Assembly (NCBI GenBank): GCA_035655635.1
Contig: DASRUB010000091.1
Coordinates: 1-56,934 of the forward strand
Length of the DNA: 56,934 bases
Direction of reading: 5' to 3'
From: Rhodanobacter sp.
GTDB lineage: Bacteria > Pseudomonadota > Gammaproteobacteria > Xanthomonadales > Rhodanobacteraceae
Shown: piece after piece, positions 1 through 9,822 of the stretch
Numbering within the stretch: the stretch's first letter is position 1
Layout: the number at the start of each line of letters is the position of its first letter
Position numbers and translations under genes: made by a program
The notes under the pieces: model-generated
Seen by the model: only the letters and a program-made list of their open reading frames with translations
Told to the model about the DNA's origin: nothing
The model's database searches: none

Positions 1-1518
1 GACCAGTACCGTACCAACCGAACGGCGCCCTTGCTGTTCTCACCGGCCGATCCGCACCTGCTGTATTACGGGATGAACGTCCTGTTCAAGACCACCAATG
101 GCGGCCAGAGCTGGCAGAAGATCAGCCCCGACCTGTCACGCCCCAACCCGGGTTTGCCATCCACGCTGGGAGTGTTCGGCACCCGCGAGAACCCACTCGA
201 TCACCGCGGCGTGATCTACAGCATCGGGCCTTCATTCAAGAACGTGGATACGATCTGGGCCGGTACCGATGACGGTCTCATCTGGATCACCCGTGACGCT
301 GGCAAGCATTGGGACAATGTCACGCCCAAAGGCATGACGTCGTGGAGCAAGGTGTCAATGCTGGTCGCCTCGCATTTCGACGACCAGACCGCCTACGCCG
401 CCGTCAACCGCTTCCGCCTGGACGATCTGAAACCGTACATCTACCGCACCCACGATGGCGGCAAAACCTGGAAGCTGATCGTCAATGGCTTGCCCGACAA
501 TGCCTCGGCGAACGTGGTGCGCGAGGATCCCGAACAAAAGGGATTGCTGATCGCGGGCACGGAACGCGCCGTGTGGTACTCGGCGGATGATGGCGATCAC
601 TGGCGGTCGCTGCAGCTCAACCTACCACAGACCTCGATGCGCGACCTGGTGATCCACGACAACGATGTGGTGCTGGGCACGCATGGCCGTTCGTTCTGGA
701 TCCTCGATGACATCACCCCGCTGCGCCAGATCGCAGGTGCCGAGGCGGCCGATCCAGGCTATCTCTACAAACCGGCCGCTGCCTACCAGGTTTTGCGCAA
801 CACCTATACCGACACCCAGATGCCTAAAGAGACACCCGCAGGGCAGAATCCGCCCGACGGCGCAATCCTCGACTACTACCTGAAAGCAGACGCCCCGGGA
901 CCGTTGACATTGGAAGTCCGCGATGCGGCCGGCAGACTCGCGTTCCACTTGTCCTCAGCAGATAAGCCCAAGCCGGTTGATCCCGACATACTCAACTTCC
1001 CGGCCTATTGGCTGCGTCCGCCTCTCGCACTCCCGTCGAACGCAGGCATGCACCGCATCGTCTGGGACCTGAACTATCCGGCGCCGAAATCGTTGCGCCC
1101 GAGCGCACCGATTTCAGTGATCCTGCATGACACGCCACTTGGACCGTCGGGACCCTCGGCCGTCCCTGGTGAATACACGGTCAAGCTCACTGTGGGCGGA
1201 AAGACCTATACGCAACCTCTGACGCTGCGCATGGATCCGCGAGTCGATACACCAGTCGCAGGGCTCGCCCAGCAATTTGACCTGGCGACCCAGCTCGTCG
1301 ATGACATGAACCGTACGTTTGGCGCCTTGCAGGAAGCAAACGCCAAGGGCAGCAAGGTTGACGCCTTGCGGAAACTGAATTCGGAGCTTGGCGAAGCCTA
1401 CAGCTCCATTTATGGCGGGCAATATGGTGCCGTGTCGACATTGGCGTCACCAACGATGCAGCAGATGTCGACGGTCGCCGAGCTGCATCGCCGGGTGCTC
1501 GCCGCGCTTGGCCACTGA
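1..1518 (+). CDS. VPS10/BNR-repeat beta-propeller protein (glycosyl-hydrolase-like), 5'-truncated by window edge
   Basis: Frame open from base 1 (DQYRTNRTAPLLFS...). Multiple Asp-box motifs (TTNGGQSW, TRDAGKHW, THDGGKTW, SADDGDHW), WAGTDDG and GTHGRSFWILDD motifs, C-terminal Ig-like and helical tail shared with the two paralogs. Confidence 0.85.
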   Translation, partial: DQYRTNRTAPLLFSPADPHLLYYGMNVLFKTTNGGQSWQKISPDLSRPNPGLPSTLGVFGTRENPLDHRGVIYSIGPSFKNVDTIWAGTDDGLIWITRDAGKHWDNVTPKGMTSWSKVSMLVASHFDDQTAYAAVNRFRLDDLKPYIYRTHDGGKTWKLIVNGLPDNASANVVREDPEQKGLLIAGTERAVWYSADDGDHWRSLQLNLPQTSMRDLVIHDNDVVLGTHGRSFWILDDITPLRQIAGAEAADPGYLYKPAAAYQVLRNTYTDTQMPKETPAGQNPPDGAILDYYLKADAPGPLTLEVRDAAGRLAFHLSSADKPKPVDPDILNFPAYWLRPPLALPSNAGMHRIVWDLNYPAPKSLRPSAPISVILHDTPLGPSGPSAVPGEYTVKLTVGGKTYTQPLTLRMDPRVDTPVAGLAQQFDLATQLVDDMNRTFGALQEANAKGSKVDALRKLNSELGEAYSSIYGGQYGAVSTLASPTMQQMSTVAELHRRVLAALGH

Positions 1519-1723
1519 TCGCAACGCGTTGCGCGATGTTCCCCCTGTCTGGATACGCAGGAAAACGGTCTGCTGCTTGTCGTATCACGGCAGAACCGGT
1601 CCATGCGGCAGCATGCATCGGTGTGCAGCGACTGGTTGTTGCCTGCGGCTGGCATGCAACAACGCAGCAGACTGATTTCCGTGTGGGCCAATCTTTGTAC
1701 CTAATTTCACCGGGAGAGCTCAC

Positions 1724-4700
1724 ATGATCATTGGAGCCGGCGCACGGCACCTGCTGCAGATTGCATCCGTCGCCGTCATGGTTGCCGCGATGTTTCCGGT
1801 GACCGTCAGTGCCCAGACGTACGCCCCAAGCCTGCTTTCCGGCCTGCAGTGGCGCTTGCTCGGACCGTTCCGCGCCGGTCGCACCGTGGCCGTGGCGGGG
1901 GTCCCCAGCCAGCCCAACGTTTTCTATTCCGGAGCGGTCGACGGTGGTGTATGGAAGACCGACAACGCGGGCATCACCTGGGACCCGATTTTCGATAGCG
2001 CACCGATTGCCTCGATTGGCGCGATCGCGGTGGCGCCGTCCAATCCCGATATCGTCTATGTGGGCACGGGCGAGTCCGATCCGCGCTCGCAGATTTCCTA
2101 TGGCGACGGCATGTACAGGTCCACCGATGCGGGCAAGAGCTGGACGCATATCGGCCTGGACAAGAGCATGCACATAAGCCACATCATCGTGGACCCGGCC
2201 AATCCGAATCGCCTGTTTGTTGCAGTACTTGGAAACCTGTATGCCGCCAATCCGGAGCGGGGAATCTACCGCTCGACCGACGGTGGCAGCTCGTGGGAAA
2301 AGGTGCTGTACAAGAGTCCGGATGTTGGCGCGATCGATATCACGTTCGCGCCGGACAACGCCCAGGTGATTTATGCGGCGCTGTGGGCAACACGCCGTCC
2401 GCCGTGGAATGTGTACCCGCCCGCGAATGGTCCTGGCAGCGGGGTCTACAAATCCACCGATGGCGGTGTGAACTGGACCCACCTCACCAACGGCTTGCCG
2501 ACCGCCGGTTTGGGCAAGATCGGACTGGCCGTGGCACCGACCAACAGCAATCGTGTCTACGCCATTCTTGATGCCGACCAGGGTGGTCTCTATCGCTCTG
2601 ATGATGCGGGCGCCAGCTGGAAACTGGCCGATGGCGAGGCACGTATCTGGGGCCGTGGGTGGTACTTCGATCGCGTGACGGTGGATCCGAAAAACCAGGA
2701 CAAGCTCTACATCATGAACACGTCGGTTTACCGTTCGACCGACGGCGGCAGCAGTTTCGACGCGATCAAGGGTACAGCCGGTGGGGATGATTATCATCGC
2801 CTGTGGGTCAATCCCGACGATCCGGACCGGATGGCCCTCAGCAGTGACCAAGGCACCATCGTGAGTGTGAACGGCACGCGCAACTGGAGCGATTGGCACA
2901 ATCAGCCGACTGGCCAGTTCTATCACGTGATCGCCGACAACCGTGATCCGTTCTGGGTGTACGGCGCGCAGCAGGATAGCGGCCCTTGGGGTGTAGTCAC
3001 GGACGTGCCCGACGGACGCATCACCTATCGTCAGTGGGCCCGTACCTGCACCGGAGGTGAAAGCGACATGTTCGCCATGGATCCGGACAGCAAGGCGGAC
3101 CTCTACGCCACTACGCTGCTCTACGATCTCAATGACAACACGCTGACGCGCTGCAACCAGATCACCGGCGTGAAGAAAGTGGTGACGCCGTGGCAGGCCT
3201 ATCCCGGCGTCGCATTCCGGCATACGTGGACCTTGCCGACGGTATTCTCGCTGGCGGAAGGGCACGCGCTGTACTTCTCCAACCAGTTCATGTTCAAGAG
3301 CACCGACAAAGGGGACCATTGGCAAAAGATCAGCCCGGATCTGACACGGGCACATCCTGGTGTCCCGGCCAATCTCGACCCGGCCACCGCGGCCGATACC
3401 AGCTACCTGCAAAAGACCGGGGACTCGCACTGGGGTGTGATCTACGCGATTGCGCCTTCGCCGCTGCAGGCGGACACGGTATGGGCCGGCACCGATGACG
3501 GCCAGATCTGGATTACCCGTGACAGCGGGGGTCACTGGCAAAACGTCACGCCACGCGAGGTCACCGCCTGGAGCAAGGTGATCATGATGGACGCCTCGCA
3601 TTTCGATGCAAATACCGCTTACGCGGCGATTGATCGGCATCGCCTCAACGACTTCACGCCACACGTGTTGCGCACGCGTGATGGGGGCAAGACTTGGCAG
3701 GAAGTGACCAAGGGCCTTCCTGCCCATGCTTATGTACAGGCGGTCCGGCAGGACCCCGATCGCGAGGGCCTGCTGTTTGCCGGTACGTCCATCGGTGTCT
3801 ACGTATCCTTCGATGAAGGCAACCAGTGGCAGTCATTGCGACTGAACTTGCCGGTGGTGGAAATTCGGGATTTCGCCTTCCATGGCAATTCCGTTGCGAT
3901 CGCCACCTTCGGCCGTTCGCTGTGGATTCTGGACGACCTGAACCCGTTGCATCAGCTCGACAGCGCCATTGCCCAGTCGAACGTCCACCTGTTCAAGCCG
4001 GAATTGGCGATCCTCAGACCGGGCGACGACCGGCCCAACCGTGACACGAACCTGGTCGTAGCCACCAACCTGACTCCACTCGACGTTGCGTCGGGTGCGC
4101 CGCGTATGAAGGGTGCACTGCTGGACTACTACCTGAAGTCCGCGACCAAAGCTCCACTCACGCTGGACATCCTCGATGCAGGCGGCAAGGTCATCCGGCA
4201 CTACTCGAGTGACACGAAGTACCCCGAGGTAGATCCGAAGAGCATGAACGTACCGGCGATTTGGCGAAGCAATCCGCCGCCGTTACCGGCTGCGGCCGGC
4301 ATGCACCGCTTCAGTTGGGATCTGCGCGCCATGGCCACGGGAGCGCACGGCTTCGGCGGCCACCGGGTCCTGCCCGGGGAGTACACGGTCAAATTGACCG
4401 TGGACGGAAACAGCTATACCCAGCCATTGACAGTCGAACAGCATGCCAGCACCCGACAGGATCCGGCCGCACTTCAGGCGCAAACCCGGATGATGCAGCA
4501 GATCATTGGTCTGCAAACCGAGGTGGCCAAGGCACAAATCGATGTGGCACATTTGCGCACGCAACTTCAGAGTCTGCAACGGCAGGCGTCAGGCAAGAAG
4601 GGAATCGCCGCTGACATCGCTGTCGTGGACAAGAACGCACGCGAAATCCAAGGCCATGCACCTCCGCCGCTCCCGGATACGACCGGCGTGGGTGATGCGG

Positions 4701-4939
4701 CGCCGGCCACGAGCAGTTTGATGGGACTCGCACAGATTTTGGGTGGAATCTCGAAAACAACCCAGGAGAGCAGCGGCGCGCCCACCGCTGCAAGAGTCTC
4801 CGGCCTGGACAAGGTGCGACAAATCGTCAGCACGACCCTTGCTCAATTGGACCAGTTCAAGACCAAGGATGTGGCGCAACTGAACATCAGGCTGCGCCGT
4901 GCCGGACTACCGGAGGTCGACCGAGCCCACTGGCGTTGA
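1724..4939 (+). CDS. Secreted VPS10/BNR-repeat beta-propeller protein
   Basis: Signal peptide (..FPVTVSA-Q), WRLLGPFRAGR N-terminal motif, many S/T-x-D-x-G-x-x-W Asp boxes, GGDDYHRLW, RBS GGGAGAG upstream. Confidence 0.9.
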   Translation: MIIGAGARHLLQIASVAVMVAAMFPVTVSAQTYAPSLLSGLQWRLLGPFRAGRTVAVAGVPSQPNVFYSGAVDGGVWKTDNAGITWDPIFDSAPIASIGAIAVAPSNPDIVYVGTGESDPRSQISYGDGMYRSTDAGKSWTHIGLDKSMHISHIIVDPANPNRLFVAVLGNLYAANPERGIYRSTDGGSSWEKVLYKSPDVGAIDITFAPDNAQVIYAALWATRRPPWNVYPPANGPGSGVYKSTDGGVNWTHLTNGLPTAGLGKIGLAVAPTNSNRVYAILDADQGGLYRSDDAGASWKLADGEARIWGRGWYFDRVTVDPKNQDKLYIMNTSVYRSTDGGSSFDAIKGTAGGDDYHRLWVNPDDPDRMALSSDQGTIVSVNGTRNWSDWHNQPTGQFYHVIADNRDPFWVYGAQQDSGPWGVVTDVPDGRITYRQWARTCTGGESDMFAMDPDSKADLYATTLLYDLNDNTLTRCNQITGVKKVVTPWQAYPGVAFRHTWTLPTVFSLAEGHALYFSNQFMFKSTDKGDHWQKISPDLTRAHPGVPANLDPATAADTSYLQKTGDSHWGVIYAIAPSPLQADTVWAGTDDGQIWITRDSGGHWQNVTPREVTAWSKVIMMDASHFDANTAYAAIDRHRLNDFTPHVLRTRDGGKTWQEVTKGLPAHAYVQAVRQDPDREGLLFAGTSIGVYVSFDEGNQWQSLRLNLPVVEIRDFAFHGNSVAIATFGRSLWILDDLNPLHQLDSAIAQSNVHLFKPELAILRPGDDRPNRDTNLVVATNLTPLDVASGAPRMKGALLDYYLKSATKAPLTLDILDAGGKVIRHYSSDTKYPEVDPKSMNVPAIWRSNPPPLPAAAGMHRFSWDLRAMATGAHGFGGHRVLPGEYTVKLTVDGNSYTQPLTVEQHASTRQDPAALQAQTRMMQQIIGLQTEVAKAQIDVAHLRTQLQSLQRQASGKKGIAADIAVVDKNAREIQGHAPPPLPDTTGVGDAAPATSSLMGLAQILGGISKTTQESSGAPTAARVSGLDKVRQIVSTTLAQLDQFKTKDVAQLNIRLRRAGLPEVDRAHWR

Positions 4940-5261
4940 GGGGGCGACCGGCGAGGGCGGCGGGCGCATCAATGAGCAAGCCTGGCCGTCTCGTTTCAGG
5001 AACAAAAAGCGAGTCCCGCTGAGCGGCGACCAGATGAACCTTGTCCCACGTTTCTGACTTGCGGATATTGATAGAGCGCCATGAAAGCAACGAGGGTTGC
5101 GGCGACGAGAGGCGGTGCAGTCGAGCAGGTGGCGAGACAGCGGTATCGCGTCCTCACGCGTGGTGCAGCCCGATGCGGTGCTGTTGCCCCGGGAGCCGGT
5201 CACCAACTGGGTCCGGCAACAGTCGTGGAAGCCACGAACTCTGCACAAGAACGCGATCCGA

Positions 5262-5304
5262 CCGCAGTGCATTGACGGCTCTTGCGGGCGTCAATGCACT
5301 GCGG
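5262..5304. terminator. Perfect 16-bp-stem hairpin between convergent genes (possible bidirectional terminator)
   Basis: CCGCAGTGCATTGACG-N11-CGTCAATGCACTGCGG; no U tract, so function is inferred from position. Confidence 0.5.
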
Positions 5305-5334
5305 GGTCACGTCTAAACATCCGGCCTTGATGCA

Positions 5335-5356
5335 AACGGGCGCACTGACCCGTTTT
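5335..5356 (-). terminator. Short hairpin directly after the M28 stop codon
   Basis: AAACGGG-N8-CCCGTTT overlapping the TAA. Confidence 0.4.
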
Positions 5357-7655
5357 ACGACTTGTTGAGGAGTGCCGTAGCCTTTTCAATCTGCGCCCGA
5401 TAGCCGTCGATGACCTTGGCCGTGACGCCAGCGTACTGGTTCGCCTCATCCCAGCGGCGCGACTCGAGAGCTTCACGCACGCCCGGCAGGGTCTTCACTC
5501 CATAGCCGGTGAGCATGCCAGGTGCATAGACCATGTGCTTGAACCAGGTCCGCCCAGGAAGGCCCGCGGGATCGGTCAACGACTCCTCCATGCGTCCGAT
5601 CAACTCATTCAGCTGCCGCTCCTGCTCCTTCGGCATCTGGTAGCCGGCATCCTGCACCTTCTTGTAGGCCGCGTCGTAGGCTTGCATGCTCTGCGCCAGC
5701 TTCTGGATCGACTCATCCAGCGGCTTCAGGTCAATTTGCGGCATGTCGGATTCCCGCACCGGGGGAGCTACCGGATCCATCGGATCGGCCGCGAGCTTGA
5801 ACGCGTCGCTGTCCAGCAACTGGTGCTGATGCTCGGTGGCCTCACGCGTCTTGGCGACGAGTTGATGCAACTCGCCCATGTACTCGGTGAGCTTGGTGCT
5901 GAAGTCGCTGAAACGCATCGGCAAGACGTTTGCATCCGCCATCCGCATGACCAGTCGACCAACGACCTTGGCCAGGGTCACTCCGTACTCGAATTTAGGA
6001 TCACTGAAGCGCGCGTAGTGGTCGAACGTGTCGTAAGCGGAGTGATAGACGCCGCCTCCACCTTCGCCGCCAAAACCGACACTAAGCGAGGCAATGCCAA
6101 GGTGCTGCAGGAACGGGGTGAAGTCGGACCCTGATCCCAGGGCGCTGATCGGCAAGTCGCCGCCTGAGGCAGCAGCCTTGGCCATGGCCTTGGCTTCGGC
6201 AGACCCGCCTTCGTGGCCAGCGGACATCAAGTGCGCACGCAGTCGCTTCTCGACGCTCACGTTGGTTTCTGGATCGGTAACGTCTGCTGCCACCTGGTTG
6301 ACCAGATGTTGCAGCGAGTGGCTGCCGCCAGCTCCAAGAAAACCGCGCGAGGTGCCGTCCGTATTGATGTACAGGACCGCCTTCTGGCTCAGTTCCTTGG
6401 CATGCGTCTCGACCCATTCGGTCGAACCGAGCAGGCCGGGCTCTTCACCATCCCAACTGCCGTAGACGATCGTGCGTTGCGGCCGCCAGCCCTTCTTGTA
6501 CATGGCGCCCATCACCTTCGCCTCTTCCAGCATGGCCACATGGCTGGACAGTGGGTCTTCCGCGCCAAACACCCAACCGTCTCGATGGTTGCCACGTATG
6601 ATCCACTGATCGGGCATCGTCGAGCCCTTGAGCTTGGCGATCACGTCATAGATTGTCTTCTGACTCCAGTCCGATTCGACCACCATGTGCACCTTGGCCG
6701 GGCCGCTACCCATGTGGTAGGCCATCGGCAGCGAACCGCGCCAGCTGTCTGGGGCGATCGGTCCACCAAGCGCCTCAAGCAGTGGCGTGGCATCACCATA
6801 GGAAATCGGCAGCACGGGGATCTTCAGGATCGTCGCGGCATCCTTGATCGCAAGACGCTTGGCATCCTTGGTGGAGCCGACATTCGGCGTCAGCGGGTCA
6901 CCCGGATATAGCTGCATCTTGGCGACTGAACCACGTTGCACACCTTGGTCCGGACGCCAGCTGCCCTTGGGATAGACATCACCCTTGAAGTAGCCGTCTT
7001 CATGTGGGTCGGAGTAGATGAGGCAACCTATCGCGCCGTGCTCCTGCGCGAGTTCGGGCTTGAGACCGCGCCAGCCGCCACCGTAGCGCGTGATGACGAT
7101 CTTGCCGCGCACGTCGATGCCACGCCTGGCCAATTCGGCGTAATCGTCCGGCAATCCGTAATTGGCGTAGACCAGTTCGCCAGTCACATCGCCATCGCCG
7201 CCGTAAGCGTTGTAGGGCGGCAACACATTCTTGGTGATGTCGGTTGACGGATCGCCCGGAATTGGCGTCTCGTGCAACACGGCGTCATAGTGAGTTGGTG
7301 CGATCAGCTGCAGCTGCACCTTTTTCGGGGTGGGATACAACACGCTGAAAGTCTCGATATGTGCGTCCCAGCCAAACTCCTTGAACTTCGCGAGCACGAA
7401 CTCGGCATTCGCCTTGTCATGCGGCGAACCCACCTGGTTCGGCTCCGAGGACATGCTCTTCAGCCAGCTCTTGATGTCCGACGACTGCAGCTGGGCGTCA
7501 AAGCTTTTTTCCAGGCTTTGCTGCTTGGCCGCGGTGTTCGCGCTGAATCCGAGCATGTCACCCGCTGACTGATCACCGTTGGCCGTGGAAGTCGCACCCA
7601 ACGCAGCCACCAGGCAAGCCACCAGAAGCAGGGGCTTGGTCGTCATTCGAATCAT
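5355..7655 (-). CDS. M28 glutamate carboxypeptidase II-like peptidase (PA domain and transferrin-receptor-like dimerisation domain), secreted
   Basis: Signal peptide; GNHRDGW, GAEDP, WDGEE, GSGSDF and YHSAYDT motifs; PA-domain YANYG...RG; C-terminal WFKHMVYAPG. Confidence 0.92.
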   Translation of the reverse strand: MIRMTTKPLLLVACLVAALGATSTANGDQSAGDMLGFSANTAAKQQSLEKSFDAQLQSSDIKSWLKSMSSEPNQVGSPHDKANAEFVLAKFKEFGWDAHIETFSVLYPTPKKVQLQLIAPTHYDAVLHETPIPGDPSTDITKNVLPPYNAYGGDGDVTGELVYANYGLPDDYAELARRGIDVRGKIVITRYGGGWRGLKPELAQEHGAIGCLIYSDPHEDGYFKGDVYPKGSWRPDQGVQRGSVAKMQLYPGDPLTPNVGSTKDAKRLAIKDAATILKIPVLPISYGDATPLLEALGGPIAPDSWRGSLPMAYHMGSGPAKVHMVVESDWSQKTIYDVIAKLKGSTMPDQWIIRGNHRDGWVFGAEDPLSSHVAMLEEAKVMGAMYKKGWRPQRTIVYGSWDGEEPGLLGSTEWVETHAKELSQKAVLYINTDGTSRGFLGAGGSHSLQHLVNQVAADVTDPETNVSVEKRLRAHLMSAGHEGGSAEAKAMAKAAASGGDLPISALGSGSDFTPFLQHLGIASLSVGFGGEGGGGVYHSAYDTFDHYARFSDPKFEYGVTLAKVVGRLVMRMADANVLPMRFSDFSTKLTEYMGELHQLVAKTREATEHQHQLLDSDAFKLAADPMDPVAPPVRESDMPQIDLKPLDESIQKLAQSMQAYDAAYKKVQDAGYQMPKEQERQLNELIGRMEESLTDPAGLPGRTWFKHMVYAPGMLTGYGVKTLPGVREALESRRWDEANQYAGVTAKVIDGYRAQIEKATALLNKS

Positions 7656-8391
7656 GGTCTCACTCCAGGTTGAAGAGGAAGGTACGGGTTACTGGGACAG
7701 ACAGCTTACAGTTCACCGCAGAACAAAAATTTCAAACAAAGCAGTGCTTTTGCCGGGGCGGTACTCACATGGCGCCGGCAAGGTCAGCAATACAACCATG
7801 GACGCGTCCCCTCGCCTCGGCACATTTGCATGTCCATGACACGGCTGAATTCAGCCAAACGGGTGTTCGAGTCAGGGGCGCTGGAGCTATACCAGCGCGC
7901 GCCATTCTCAGTGAAGTACATTACGTATCCCACAAATCCGAAGTCACGGTCGAGTTGATTACTGACCTCGGGCGATTAGAGCACAAAACCTGAGGCCGGA
8001 GTCTGGGTTTCCCGATTCATGGCAGGCGTCCGGATTGATCCATCTGGCGCGTTCATGGCACGGAGCGCCGAAGAAGACACTGGGTCGGCGCCTAGGCACA
8101 AGGCAGCTGTATGCCGAGCGCGAATACATGCTGGCGACATCTGGGCCGCTGGCTGTCTCGTGACGCGATGCCCGGTTTCTCGTGACGATGCCGAGACGTC
8201 GGCGAGGCGTGCCGGCGCGCAATTCAATCTGTCGCAAGGGCGGACAGCGCGAGAGTGAAGGCACTGGTCCGCGGGCCAGCGCACGCCGCATATGCAGACG
8301 GGTGGCCCGCTGGTGCATGCGTCGCCGCTTGGTTGACAAACATCAAAAGCCTCATCCACTATCGAGCGTCATTGATCAAACTGGGGCCGAC

Positions 8392-9795
8392 ATGAAACGA
8401 CCTGCCGATTCCACAGGATTCGACAAACACCTCTATGCGGCAGTCTTTGCGACTGCCGCTTTTTTTATGCCCATGTTTGCCGTCGCACAGACGGCCACGC
8501 CGTTGGTCGTGCCCATGAGCGACACCGAGCAGGCCGATCCGCAGTTGCCGGCGATTCTGCCGCTTCGGGATCGCGCCAAAGTCGTCAACCAAATTCTGGC
8601 CGAGCGCCTGGATACGGTCGTGCCGAAACTGATGCGCGACAACGACGCCAGCATGTGGATCCTGATGGCACGGGAGTATTTCGAAGAACCCGTCGTGGCG
8701 ACCATGCTTGATGCGGAAAGCCTGCATGCCCGCCGCCGCACCATCCTGATTTTCTACAATCCCGGCAACGGCCAGCCAATCGAGAGGCTGACGGTCAGTC
8801 GCTACGGTGTTGGCGGATTGTTCAAGCCGGCCTGGGATCCCGACAAGCAGCCCGACCAGTGGAAAGCGGTAGCTGATATCGTCGAGGCGCGTGATCCGGC
8901 CAACATCGCGATCAACACCTCCAGCATGTTCGCATTCGCGGACGGGATGACTCTGAGCCAACACAAGGAGATGATGGCGGCATTGCCGCAAAAGTATCGC
9001 TCTCGTGTCGTCTCCTCCGAGCCTCTGGCCATCGGTTGGCTCGAAACACGCACGCCGACCGAGCTGCGAATCTATCCGGGCATCGTGCGCGCCGCCCACG
9101 CGCTGATTGCCGAAGCGTTCTCGCGCAAGGTGATCACCCCGGGCAAGACCACCACCGACGACGTCGTCTGGTATTACCGCCAGCGCATGGCGAATCTCGG
9201 CATCGATACATGGTTCCAGCCGTCCATCGCGGTCCAGCGCAAAGGGGCGAAGAAGATGCTCGATGGCGACACGGTGATCCAGCCGGGCGACATGCTGTGG
9301 ACCGACTTCGGCATCACCTACCTGCGCCTCAACACGGACACGCAGCACCTTGCGTATGTGCTCAAGCCGGGTGAGACCGATGCGCCGGCCGGTCTGCGCG
9401 CTGGCCTGAAGGCAGTCAATGGGGTGCAGGATGCCTTGCTCTCCTCGTTCAAGGCCGGTGCCAGCGGCAACTCGATACTCGCTGCTGCACGCAAAAAGGC
9501 GATCGCCAACGGACTCGACCCGTCGATCTACTCGCACCCGACCGGCTATCACGGTCATGCCGCTGGATCGGCGATCGGCATGTGGGACAACCAGAACGGT
9601 GACGATCACGGCGAATATCCGGTGCATGCCAATACAACGTGGTCGATCGAACTGGTCGCCTACAAGGGTGTCCCGGAATGGGACGGTGAAAAGGCCGAGT
9701 TCCGCCAGGAAGAAGATGCCTGGTTCGATGGCGAGAAAGTCCATTTCCTGGACGGTCGGCAAACCAGGTTCACCCTGATTCCATCGGACTCCTGA
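8392..9795 (+). CDS. M24 family metallopeptidase (Xaa-Pro aminopeptidase-like), secreted
   Basis: Pita-bread metal ligands: TDFG..NTD, HPTGYHGH, SIEL, RQEED. Hydrophobic N-terminus ending AVA-Q. Start placed at ATG 8392 after GGGG. Confidence 0.85.
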   Translation: MKRPADSTGFDKHLYAAVFATAAFFMPMFAVAQTATPLVVPMSDTEQADPQLPAILPLRDRAKVVNQILAERLDTVVPKLMRDNDASMWILMAREYFEEPVVATMLDAESLHARRRTILIFYNPGNGQPIERLTVSRYGVGGLFKPAWDPDKQPDQWKAVADIVEARDPANIAINTSSMFAFADGMTLSQHKEMMAALPQKYRSRVVSSEPLAIGWLETRTPTELRIYPGIVRAAHALIAEAFSRKVITPGKTTTDDVVWYYRQRMANLGIDTWFQPSIAVQRKGAKKMLDGDTVIQPGDMLWTDFGITYLRLNTDTQHLAYVLKPGETDAPAGLRAGLKAVNGVQDALLSSFKAGASGNSILAAARKKAIANGLDPSIYSHPTGYHGHAAGSAIGMWDNQNGDDHGEYPVHANTTWSIELVAYKGVPEWDGEKAEFRQEEDAWFDGEKVHFLDGRQTRFTLIPSDS

Positions 9796-9822
9796 AACTC
9801 ATGATCAACAACCAGAGGCTGT

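Noticed and set aside
1187-3727. Long antisense ORFs (also 8359-9762, 12942-14621, 39110-41002, 44839-46101, 54104-56068)
   Set aside because: They shadow well-supported genes on the opposite strand, as expected from high-GC codon bias, and show no recognisable motifs.
7656-8391. ORFs 7670-7993, 8019-8258 and the 70-aa upstream extension of the M24 gene
   Set aside because: Low-complexity Arg/Ala-rich translations without motifs; more likely a divergent promoter region.
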